Part shown: positions 22,174-33,620 of the stretch, piece after piece
Position numbering within the stretch: the stretch's first letter is position 1
How the letters are laid out: every line of letters begins with the position of its first letter
From: Euglena gracilis
Lineage: Eukaryota
NCBI GenBank assembly: GCA_039621445.1
Contig: CP154954.1
Location: 38,773,816-38,837,815, forward strand
Direction of reading: 5' to 3'
DNA length: 64,000 nt
The notes under the pieces: model-generated
Told to the model about the DNA's origin: nothing
Databases searched by the model: none
Seen by the model: the letters and a program-made list of their open reading frames with translations, nothing else
Position numbers and translations under genes: made by a program

Positions 22174-22305
22174 CAGGCTTTTGCTTACCAACCATGGGGG
22201 GGGGGGGTGCTACAGGTTGCCTGCCCCCAGCAGGCACACCCCTCGTCGTGCCTGCCCCTAGCCCCCCCCCCCCGTGGGGTGGGTTTCCGACTAAGCAAAA
22301 GTCTG
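22174..22305. mobile_element. Short, internally deleted F2-like MITE
   Basis: CAGGCTTTTGCTTA...TAAGCAAAAGTCTG; TSD GCCTCCTC / GCCTTCAC (6/8). Confidence 0.7.
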
Positions 22306-23210
22306 GCCTTCACGACCTTGAAGGAGAGAAGAATTTGATGGCACTGAATTGATGTGACCAACACTTAAACTTTTGACGCAAAAAAATGACCTATTTTCAG
22401 CCATTTTTTGGTCCGTTTTGATGCCATTTTCTGCCATTTTGCCCTTTTTTGCCCCCACGGACAATGATGGGGGGCAGATTGGTTCCTTGGGCAGCCTCGG
22501 CCCACATGGCCAATCTGGGGACAATCTGGCATCATTTTTGAACCAAAATGGCCAAATGTGGGAGTGGAAAAAATTTTCCTGGGGCAGAATGCCAAATTGG
22601 GGGAAAATGCAAAAACGGCCATTTTGGCAATTTGGCCTCACCACCCCCGGAATTGGTCGCCATTGCCCCCCCCCCCCGAGCAATAGCTCACTGTCACAGC
22701 ACTTTTTTTATGAGGACTTCCCAAAAAAGTGCTACAAAATCGCCGTTTTTGGGACGTTTTCAAAATCACTTTTTGGCAAATGTGCTTAAAATTGACCATT
22801 TTTTTGCGAACATCCAGAAAAAGTTGCTAAAAAAGACCCCTTTTGGGTTGCCCGAGGTCCGGGTATGGGAACAGCTCGGGGGGCACCAGGTCCCCCCCCC
22901 CCGAGCTGATCCCCCCCAGGCTTCTGCTTAAGGACCCCTGGGGGGGATACTGGCTGCCCAATCGACTTGACACTGGAAAAAATGGACTAGCTAGACCACC
23001 CCGGGGGAGGGGGGTCCGGGGGGTCCCCCAACTGGAAAAAAAATTTCCTCCGGCGCTGCGCGCCGAGGTGGAAATGAGGTTTTTAAAGGTTTTTGGCTGA
23101 TTTTGTTTCAAAAATTCCCAAATATGGCCAAAAACAGGCATTTTTGGCCGTTTATGGGGGTCCCAAAGAAATTTCGCCGGTCACTGAAAAAAAAAAATTC
23201 CACGAGCTAG

Positions 23211-23436
23211 AAGGAGCCGCCACCCCAAATTTTTCTAAGTCGGAATTTTTAGGGTTATTGAAGGATTAGGGTTAGGTGCGCACATGGCCATTTTGCGCTA
23301 CATGGCCATGTTGCGCAACATGGCCATGTGGCGCAACATGGCCATGTAGCGCAAAATGGCCATGTGCGCACCTAACCCTACTCCTTCAATAACCCTAAAA
23401 ATTCCGACTTAGAAAAATTTGGGGTGGCGGCTCCTT
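23211..23436. repeat. Near-perfect 226-bp palindrome (foldback element)
   Basis: Symmetry centre at 23323/23324; internal 18-bp CATGGCCATG..GCGC units; shorter relative at about 24390-24490. Confidence 0.9.
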
Positions 23437-23756
23437 AGCGAACAAGTACCAGAAATTTCGCCGGTCACCGAAGCCCCGTGGCCAATTCCTCCCCGACCCC
23501 CCCCCATTGGCCAATGGACGTCCTTTGGGACCCCCAATTAGCCAGTTGGGGGGGCAATTGGGGGGGTGAGGGTAATTGGCAGGTACAAAAACCTCCAAAA
23601 GCGTCCGTTTTTTGAACTTCGCCGGATGAGAAAAAGTCATGAACAATCCAACTGTGCACAAAAAATCAACCATTTTTGCATGGGTGAAAAATTAGGGGTC
23701 CTCAAGCCCCCCCCTTTTGGCTAATTGGCCAACAAATTCGCAACTCGACCACCACC

Positions 23757-23793
23757 CAACCCTAACCCTGACCCTGACCCTGACCCTAACCCT
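23757..23793. repeat. Short interstitial telomere-like (CCCTAA/CCCTGA)n
   Basis: About 6 hexamers. Confidence 0.7.
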
Positions 23794-23812
23794 GGCCCAA
23801 CCCTGTTCCTTC

Positions 23813-24117
23813 GGTACTTGTCTGTTAGTCGATCCACGGCAAAACGACTCGATCCACACCCTTTCTTCCCCTATGCTTTGATGACGTCAAATATGCAGCT
23901 GATTTGGACCTTATGACGTCATCCCTGGGTCACACACTCAAGTATGACGTCATACGGTCATCATTTTGCTTGTGTATGACGTCACATGGTCAAATTATGA
24001 CGTCACACATCCTGTTTTGCACTGAAAGTGGTCATTCCTATTGAATAGGGTTGAATAGGGTGTGGATCGACTAACAGACTTGATGCACTGCCGTGGATCG
24101 ACTAACAGACAAGTACC
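23813..24117. mobile_element. MITE with 29-bp TIR GGTACTTGTCTGTTAGTCGATCCACGGCA, Merlin-like
   Basis: Exact 8-bp TSD GTTCCTTC; GG termini with 8-9 bp TSD are typical of Merlin; internal TGACGTCA repeats. Confidence 0.8.
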
Positions 24118-26239
24118 GTTCCTTCAAGAGTCGTTTGGGGGGGTGAAGGTCGAGGAGCGAACAAGAACCCCAGTATTTTGTGTTGTTTGAGGTGGAGGGG
24201 GGGAGGGGACAACCCCCCCCCCTGTGAGGAGGCTGTGGGCCGACTAAGTTCACATTCAAACACTTCACCCAACTTGACACCATTATTTGCACAGAAAACA
24301 GCCCGAATTGAGGCCTGGGTGGTGGCGGAGGGGGGGGTTTCTGGGTCTCCTTCGTCAAAAGACCGCCACCGAAATTTTTCTGTGTCGGATTTTATTGAAG
24401 GAGTAGGGTCAGGTGTGCAAATGGTTAGGTCGCGCAAAATGGCCATGGCCATTTGCGCACCTAACCCTACTCCTTCAATAACCCTAAAAATTGTGGCGGT
24501 CGTATAATGGAGGAGACGTTTTCTGGCCCTAATACACAGAACATATTCTTCGTTTGTAAAGGACTTGCATGCAATCCTTGTCAATCAGTGGTGACCCTGG
24601 GGGGGTCCTCCAAACATTGAGTGGAAAATGCCAAGTTTACACACCAAATTTGGCATTTTCCACTCAATGCTTGGAGGGATGCCTCCCAGGGTCCAGGGGG
24701 GTGCCAGGACTTGGCGGGTACCCCGAAAACAGGGGGGGAAAAGCCAAAATCCAGCCGGGATGGCATTTCTTTTCAGCTTTTCTTTTGTGGTGATGAAAAC
24801 GAACCAAAAATGCAATTTTGGCCTTTTCTGAGCCACTGGGCACCAGCACGGCTTCCCAAATTACTCCAGACTTTGTCCACCGAAAGGTCAGCTGGGTTTT
24901 TTTTTGAAGCAGCATGATTTCTGAAAAGCACAAAACCTACCATCAACTGTGCACCCGATGCAGCTCACAGAACGTTTGGAACTGGGCGAAGTGCAGGTTT
25001 CCGCTCAACTGTTTGCTGATTGCCACTGAGCCAATCGACGCCTCACTTCGACCACCTTTGCTGCATTGCCACTGATTTCTCCACACTGCCACTGCCTGCA
25101 CTGCACTGCTGGGCCAAGTGCAATTGTCGTCAAGTGAACAAGTCCACTTTATGCTTCCCTCTGTCACTCAAAACTTCCAGTGGCCACCAAAGTCACTGCG
25201 GTCTTTGACATATCCTCATATAAAACAAACCATGAACAATGAATTGCAAGGGGGATTTCCTCGGCCTTGACTCACTTCAGGACAATTGCAAGCCCTGGCA
25301 GTGAAATGCAAGCAGTGGCAGTGGAAGTTGGCTGTGCAGTGCAATGAAGGCATTCTTGCCATCAAGTGAGGCAAGTCCCATGTGCACCTCATCAAACAAG
25401 CCAATGGTGAAACTGGTGGTCTGCTGCTGAAACCCAATCACCAAAGTGCAAGTGCCATGATGCAACTGGCAGCTGGCAGCAGAGTCAACCGCCATTGACT
25501 CTCTGACAGCAGTGCAGTGCAGTGCAGTGCAGTGCACCTCTTCAATCAAGCAAATGGCGAAACTTCTGAGGTCTGCTGCTGAAACAGAATCGCCAAGTGC
25601 CAAATGATGCAAATGATCCAATTGTCAGCTGTCAGCAGAGTCAACTGCCGTTGACTCTCTGACAGCTCAATCGAGACGTTTTTTGGGAAACCTGCATTCA
25701 ACCTTCAGTGGCCAAACGTTCCATGATCTGGAGCCCAATGCAGGATGATCAGGAACCTGGATTTATGACGAGGTTTAAGAAGAACAAGCATCATAAAACC
25801 TTACAGCGGGAGAAAATTTTCGTGTTGATCACAAAACATGTGGAAAATGAACTCGGAAAAACAGGCGAACTTCTGCATCAGTGCACACCAGCAGTGATCC
25901 CGAAATCCACAGCAAACCAATAATGATAACTGTTTTTGAATTCATTGCTTGAATTCTGTTCGCGCAGGCAAACGTGGGGAGCCAGGGCAGCCAGGGCAGC
26001 AAGACAAGGGATTCCCCCCCCCCCCCGGTCAGCCGACCTCCTCGCCACGGCATGCCGAACCATACCAACGAATTTCTTGCGAAATTCCTTGCGAAATTCC
26101 AGCTTCACGGGGGTGGACCCCCCTGGGGAACTGACCCCCTCGGCACGGCAAAATGGGCACCCCCCCTCCTGGTGGCCGGGGGTCCTCGTCAGACGTCAGG
26201 CGCGGCGAACCTCCCTCGACGACAAAAAGAACCACCTAC

Positions 26240-28320
26240 CTACTACCGACTGGTCGGCCGACAAGTCGGCTGACCAATTGGTGGGGGGTGGGGGGTCGTG
26301 GGTAGTCGGCCGACTTGTCGGCCGACTCTCCACTCTAATGTACTAACGGGTCAAAAACCGCCGACTCTTAAGCCCCCCTGGAAAATTTTTTGTCCAAATC
26401 ATCTCAACACCAGTCAAAACCCTCCCAAATGGCTCCAAAACCCCCCAATCAGGGGGTGAATATGCAAAAAATTGGGGGAAATATCCATTTTGGGCCACTT
26501 TTGGCAAAATAACACCTCTCCCCATTGGATTTTCAATAAAGCAAAATTTGCACAAAAAGGACTTATCCCTCCAACTATATTGCTAAAATAGAAGGGATTT
26601 TGTTATTTGAGGGGGGGGGTGCGGGGGGAGCCAAAAAACGACTTAGCCCCCGAGTACGTTGCCAACATAGAAGGAGAGAGCCACAAAAACGACTTTGCCC
26701 CCGAGTGTGTTGCCAACGCAGAAGGGATTTTGTTATTTGAGGCTCGGATGGGGGTGAGGGGGAGTTTTCTGCCTCTCGTGATGCAGAATGCTTGCATTTC
26801 TAATGGATTTTCATGTAATCCCTGTTTCATCATTGGTTTTTTTACCCCTCCAGATCCCCATCAAGGGCCCACCGACCTCCACCGACCAAAGATTTCCATC
26901 TGGGGGTGTTTATTTGGGGGGTGATTTGGGCCGGCCACAGACCATTTTTATGACCACCGATTAGCCACCGATTGGTTTGCATCTCCACTGCCAACCCCCA
27001 CTCAAAAATCGGCCAAAAACTGGCCGATTTTCGGCTCGGGTGGGGGTGGATGGGGGGAGTTTTCTGCCTCTCGTGATGCAGAATGCTTGCATTTCTAAAG
27101 GATTTTCATGTAATCCCTGTTTCATCATTGGTTTTTTACCCCTCCGGACCCCCATCAAGGGCCCACCGACCCCCACCCCAAAGATTTCCGTCTGGGGGTG
27201 TTTAACGTGACCCCCCCCCCCCCGGAGCGTTTTGACCCCCCTGGCGTCAATTAGGGTGGGGGTGACAATGAGGGGGGGGTTACTCAATTCATAGTGGGCA
27301 CGCCTGTTTTTTTTTACGTTGTTTTTTTTGTTTTTTTTATTTCTAACAATGTTTTTTTTAAAAAAAAACAAAAAAAACGCCCACTAGCTTTCTCAAAGCC
27401 AAATTTTCGACCCCCCCCCTTATTTGACCCCCCCTTTATTTGAGCATTTGGGGGGTCCTCAAGCCCCTGGGTGTGCTCAAATAAGGGGAGGGGGGGGGTG
27501 GTAAGTGTCTTACCCCTAAATAACGTGACCCCCCCCTATTTGTCACCCCCCCCTAATAGTCGCCCCCCCCATTGGGGGGGGGCGACAATTAGGGGGGGGG
27601 TTACCCATGGACCCATGTACATGTGGGGTAAATTGAGTCATAGTGGGCATTTTTTTTGTTTTTTTTAAAAAAAACAAAACAACGTGTTTTTTTTAAAAAA
27701 ACACTAAAAAAAACAAAAGGGACATTTCATTGAGAAAACTCGTTATGAAACACCCAAACCATACTTTGAATCCTACTCAGTTCAAAAAAGTGCCAAAAAT
27801 GGTCGAAAACATCCAAAAAAGCAGAAAAAATGCAATTTTATTACTTTTTCCATTTTTTTATGGGAGATAGTTTTTGACAAGACTGACCCAGAAGTTGCAA
27901 AAATGACCGAAAATACGCATTCAAAAATTTTTCTTTGCAAAACCTAGGACAAAAAAATTTTGTCGCCTTCGGTGCCTGGAAAAAAAATTTTCCCCAGACC
28001 CAAATGCTCAATTAAGGGGGGGGTCAAATAAGGGGAGGGGGGGTGGTATTTGGACCCATCCGGACCATTTCCGGGTGATTTGGGCACGGACCATTTTTAT
28101 GACCACCGACTAGCCACAGACTAGTTTGCATTGGATTTTCTTCAGGGGGAGGGGGCTTAAAAGTCGGCGGTTTGGACCAGTTAGCACATTAGAGTTGGTA
28201 GTCGGCCGACCAGTCGGCCGACTGCCCACTTGGTCGGCCGACTAGGCCTGGTCGGTAACCAGTCGGAGAGGGGGTGGGGGGGGGGGGGAGTTGGGTAGTC
28301 GGCCGACTTGTCGGCTGACC
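26240..28320. mobile_element. Foldback/TIR element with GTCGGCCGAC palindromic terminal units and nested insertions
   Basis: Inverted ends CTCTAATGTACTAACGGGTC (about 26333) and GACCAGTTAGCACATTAGAG (about 28175); second copy at 32.2-33.6 kb; boundaries approximate. Confidence 0.7.
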
Positions 28321-30639
28321 ACCCCCTCCCAGCCTACCGTTTGGCACCGCTGCACAAGGCCTCCCGTTCTTTGGACAAATAAGGTGTTCACCAACTCTAC
28401 GTGTGCAACATGGTACAATCAACGTTTGAATTTTTCATCGGCTGCCAAAGATGCTCCAACCTTCAACAAAGCAAACAAACAAAGCCCCAACCTTCGGCCA
28501 AAGGACACTCCCAGCATCAATCTCCGACCACTGATCTCCAATGTCACGCCACTTTGCATTTCATCAAATTCCGGCGATCGCGAGGGAATTTCTGGCTGTG
28601 TCAATTGTGCAAGTATAAAATCACCCCTCGATCGAAAGCTCTTTGCATCAGACGACTGGCGATCACCACCAATTTCAGCCACGTCGCCTGGAGCTCTTAT
28701 TTTCTGTCACTGGGGAACCCCCCCAAGGCCCTCAAGTCGTTGATTCGAAGAGGAAAAACGTTTCTGTAGGGTTTATGCAGCATCTTAAACCAAAAATCAC
28801 TGAAAATTGCGACAAATTTCGACTCAGATTCTGGCCGATCCAACCAGCGCGAGCGTCTCTCGGGCTGCGTGCAACGTTAGGGTACCAAGTTACCCCTCGA
28901 TCGAAAGCTCTTTCAAGCTCTTTCTCTTTTCAACAGACGACCAGCGGTGCTCAGATCTTTCCACGCTGCACGGTACTCTATTTCCAAATCTGGGCCAATT
29001 TTCACCAAATTTGGATATCCACCCTAGTGGTCCCCAGCAACGCCGTTCCAGCCTCATGCATCCTCCGCCCCCAGGGGAGGAGGTCCAACGGAATTCCCCC
29101 CCCGCAACTGCCAAATATTTTGATGGTAGCTCCAATCACCTTGTCCAAAAGTTTCAATTACCTTGTCCAAAAGCTTCAAATAACTTTGTCCAAAAGTTTT
29201 AATTTCTTTGTCCAGAAGTTTCAACAATTTTGTCCAAAAGTTTCAATTATTTGTCCGAAAGTTTCAACATCTCTGGGTCCCGGCTGTAAAACGCCGGTTT
29301 AAGAAAAGGGGTGGTGGACAACGGGTTCACGGCAGAACCGGTGTCCGCCACCCCTTTTCTGATATATTGGAGGTATTTGAAGCGGATTGGTCCAAAAAGT
29401 CCGAAATTTGACCCAGGCCAAAAAACCTCCAAGATTGCCAAAAAAAATGACCAGAAAATGGTTTTCCATGTCCATGTGTTAAGCCGGCGTTTGAGACGCC
29501 GGGCTCAGGACAGAACCCGCGTCCCTGGAGACAAGGCACAGGGGGGGGAGGCGGGGACCGAGGGGGGGGGTTGGAAGCGGTACAGGGGGGGGGAGGGGGG
29601 GTCCCCAGAAAATCACAACTGTACTGCCTACCCCCGAGACAGTTGCGACATTTTTCGTCCAATTGAGGTTGGCAATGATGGATTTTGCGAAATTCAGATT
29701 CATTTTGCAAAACATTTGTGTCTTGTAAAAAGAGTGGTAGCCAGTATTTTCACTTTAAACACTTAACGTGACCCCCCCTTATTTGTCCCCCCCCCCCCTA
29801 ATTGGCCAGAGCCCAGGTGGCCAATTAGGGGGGGGGTCTCATTTCAAGGCTTATTCGGGTGTTTTTCGGGGGTTCGCGATTATGAAGGACGGGGTCCAGA
29901 TGGCCAATTGGGGGGGGGGTTAGGGGTAACCCTCCCCCTAATTGTCCCCCCCCCCTAATTGGCCAGAAGGGGGGTCCGGGCCGCCCGGAGGGCGGCCAAA
30001 TAGGGGGGGAGGGGTTGGTAGTAGAAACGCAGGAAGCAGCTTCAATCACTCCCCCTTGGCACACCATGCGGAATTGAGCCAGGGTTGACGTTTTTTTGTT
30101 TTTCAACAAAAAAACGAGTGTATGAGTCGGGGGGGGGGGGTCGCGGGGGGAACGTGGAAGTTTTGACGGGTCTCACGTCAGGGTTGGTTGTTTTAAAACG
30201 GGTCGTTTTAAACAGGTCGTTTAATTCAGTAAAAAACAGTCGAGCCCCTGCGCCGTATAAAACCGCCGGCATTCGTCTTGAATGACACGCATTCAAATTG
30301 CAGAATGGTAGGCTTTGATGCACGAGAAGGAACGTGTCTTTGGCCCTTGCGACGTCCACGCTGCACAGCCAACCGTCAAAAATTATCACACGAACTGTAT
30401 GGACCAAAACTGAAATCCCCGGTTCACTCGGAGGAACTGGACATTTTTTTTTTAGTATGAGGTCTTTCTTTTTCAGGCGTTAATTTCCTGTCGAAATTAT
30501 TGCCTTGCGCAGTTTTTCTGTACAGCCCCCGGGATCCCAAAAAGACAAAAAGTGGAAATTCTCTTTTGAAAAACGGGTTGGCGTAGCACATGATGGTTGC
30601 AAAACATTTCATCTGTTCCAGCAGTGTTCATGACACTCG

Positions 30640-30990
30640 GGAAAGTCACTGGGACAAAATGCTGCAACAGGACCAAAAGGTGTCACAGGGGGGCCTTTGC
30701 AGGCCCAGGGCCTTTGCAGGCCACTGGAGCAAAATGGTGTTGGAGGGGGGCCTTTGCAGGACCAGGGCCTTTGCAGGCCACTGGGGCAAAATGATGCAAC
30801 AGATCGAAATGGTGTCACAGGGGGGCCTTTGCAGGCCCAGTGACTTTGCAGGACACTGGGGTAAAACGGTGTAACTGAGAGGTTGGGGTGGCAAAATGTT
30901 TTTCAATGTCAAGTCAAAACTGCTGCAAAAAGTGTCACTGAGGGGTTGGGGTTGCAAAATGTTTTTCAATGTCAAGTCAAAAATGCTGCA
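30640..30990. repeat. Degenerate tandem repeats (GGGGGCCTTTGCAGG units, then two ~63-bp units)
   Basis: Seen directly. Confidence 0.75.
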
Positions 30991-31261
30991 AAATGTGTCA
31001 CAGCTTTTGGTGAAACATGTGCTGTGAAAACTGGGGATTTGCCACTTCAATTGATCAGAGGTTTGGGATGCAATGCAGAACACAGAAAAGAAGACCTTGG
31101 AGCTGAAAGTAGCACTTAATGGTTGGCAGATGGGGGGCCTTTGCAGGCCCAATACAGCCCACAGCAGCATGGTGAAGTTCTGCAGCAGCAAGACCAAAGG
31201 GCTGAGAAGCCCAAGAACTTGAGTTCTTCTTTGTCTTGTCTTCAGCTTGTACTTTTGCTTG

Positions 31262-31340
31262 ACTTCTGCTTCTGCCTGCACCAGCAGGACTTCTTCTGCC
31301 TGCACCAGCAGGACTTCTTCTGCCTGCACCAGCAGGACTT
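31262..31340. repeat. 24-bp tandem repeat, about 3 copies (CTTCTTCTGCCTGCACCAGCAGGA)
   Basis: Seen directly. Confidence 0.85.
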
Positions 31341-32160
31341 GTGAGTAACTTTCGGTGGTAGTTGTACTCTTGACTTGGATATTTGTCCCCACCAGGGGCT
31401 TTCAATTGTCCGCCATGTATTATGCGGAAAAAAATAGACACCCAGGACAGAAGTTAGGAATCAGGCTGTCTTCGCGACCTGAATTGTTGGAAACTGTTTG
31501 GAACATGTTTAAAACAGTTTTTTTGTATTTTACTCCTCCCAGGTGTTTTAATTCCAACCCTGTCTCACGTGACAAGTGTGACCTCTCATACAACGTCACA
31601 TGGGACCTATTTTTAGAACTTTTGGGTCCAATAGCTCCAATTAGGAATTTGTCACACATTTTAGGCATTTTTGATTCCTAATTTGGGTGCAAATTCCTAA
31701 TTAGGTGCCCTTTTTTGGCTCCTACTGGGATTCGGAAACCCTCCATGTGTGGGGGGGGGGGGTCGCGGGGGGGTCGCGGGGGGGGGTGGCGGGGGGGGGG
31801 GTCGCGGGGGATACACCCCCAACAAAAAAATATGTTTTTTTTCCAAAAAAAAACACACAAAAACATGTTTTCTTTTTTAGAAAAAGCAAAATTTGACCCT
31901 TTTCCTTGCGAAATGCCCATTTTTTGAGGAAAAGGTTTTAAGGTTATTTTTTTGGTCATCAAAAGTGACGTATTTTTAGTTTTTCCGGCACCTTTAATGG
32001 ACTACGAAGCTGCAGAGATGAAAAAAAGTAAAAAAAAAGTTTAAAAAATTCCCCCAAACCCCCATGAGGTTTTTTTTGTTTTTTTTAAAAAAAAACATAT
32101 TTTTTCTTAGGGGGTACTACCCCCATTCCCCCCCCCCCCCTGGGGGGGGGGGGGGGGGGG

Positions 32161-33620
32161 GTAGTGGGTAGTCGGCCGACTAGTCGGCCGACTACCCAAT
32201 TGGTCCACCGACTAGTCGGCCGACTAATTGGTCGGTGGCTAGTCGGCGGGGGGGTAGTGGGTAGTCGGCCGACTAGTCGGCCGACTACCCACTCTAATGT
32301 ACTAACGGGTCAAAACCGCCGACTTTTAAGCCCCCCCCCTGGTAAAAAAAAAATGTCTAAATCACCTCAACGCCGGTCAAAACCGACCCAAATGGCTCCA
32401 GAACCCCCCAATCGGGGGTGAATATGCAAAAAAATTGGGGGAAAATGTCCATTTTGGGCCACTTTTGACAAAAGTACACCTCTCCCCATTGAATTTTCAG
32501 TATAAGGCAAAATTCACACAAAAAAGGTTTCTAATCCCCCAACTCTATAGCCAACATAGAGGGTATTTGGTTATTTGAGGGGGGGGGTGCGGGGGGGGCG
32601 GAACCCCCCCCGCCTATGCCAAAGTAAGCCACAAAAACGACTTAGCCCCCGAGTATGTTGCCAACACAGAAGGGATTTTGTTATTTGAGGGGGGGGGTGC
32701 GGGGGGGGCGGAGCCCCCCCCGCCTATGCCAAAGTGAGCCACAAAAACGACTTACCCCCCGAATATGTTGCCAACAGAGAAGGGATTTTGTTATTTGAGG
32801 GGGGGGGTGCGGGGGGGGCGGAGCCCCCCCCGCCTATGCCAAAGTGAGCCACAAAAACGACTTAGCCCCCGAGTATGTTGCCAACAGAGAAGGGATTTTG
32901 TTATTTGAGGGGGGGGGTGCGGGGGGGGGGGCGGCGGAGCCCCCCCCGCCTATGCCAAAGTGAGCCACAAAAACGACTTAGCCCCCGAGTATGTTGCCAA
33001 CACAGAAGGGATTTTGTTATTTGGGGGGGGGGGGGTGCGGGGGGGGGAGCACCCCCCGCCTATGCCAAAGTGAGCCACAAAAACGACTTAGCCCCCGAGT
33101 ACGTTGCCAACACAGAAGGGATTTTGTTATTTGAGTCTCGGATTGGGGTGGAGGGGGGAGTTTTCTGCCTCTCGTGATGCAAAACGCAGATTGCAGATTG
33201 CATTTCTAAAGGATTTTAATGTAATCCCTGTTTCATCATTGGTTTTTTACCCCTCCGGACCCCCACCAAGGGCCCACCGACCCCCCACTGACCAAAGATT
33301 TCCATCTGGGGGTGTTTATTTAGGCGTAAGACACTTATTTGGACCCATCCGGACCATTTCCGGGTGATTTGGGCCCGCCACAGACCATTTTTATGACCGC
33401 CGACTAGCCACCGACTAGATTGCATTGGATTTTGTTCATGGGGGGGGGGCTTAAAAGTCGGCGGTTTTGACCCGTTAGTACATTAGAGTGGGTAGTCGGC
33501 CGACTAGTTGGCCGACTACCCACTACCCCCCCCCCCTGTCTCGCCGACTAGCTACCGACTAGGACTAGTCGGTGGACCAATTGGGTAGTCGGCCGACTAG
33601 TCGGCCGACTACCCACTCCC
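32161..33620. mobile_element. Second copy of the GTCGGCCGAC foldback element, with about five ~110-bp internal tandem repeats (about 32570-33135)
   Basis: Long inverted ends; ACAAAAACGA recurs ending at 32640, 32750, 32860, 32976 and 33086. Confidence 0.85.

Noticed and set aside
23757-23793. True telomere
   Set aside because: Only about 6 mixed hexamers, internal to the window.
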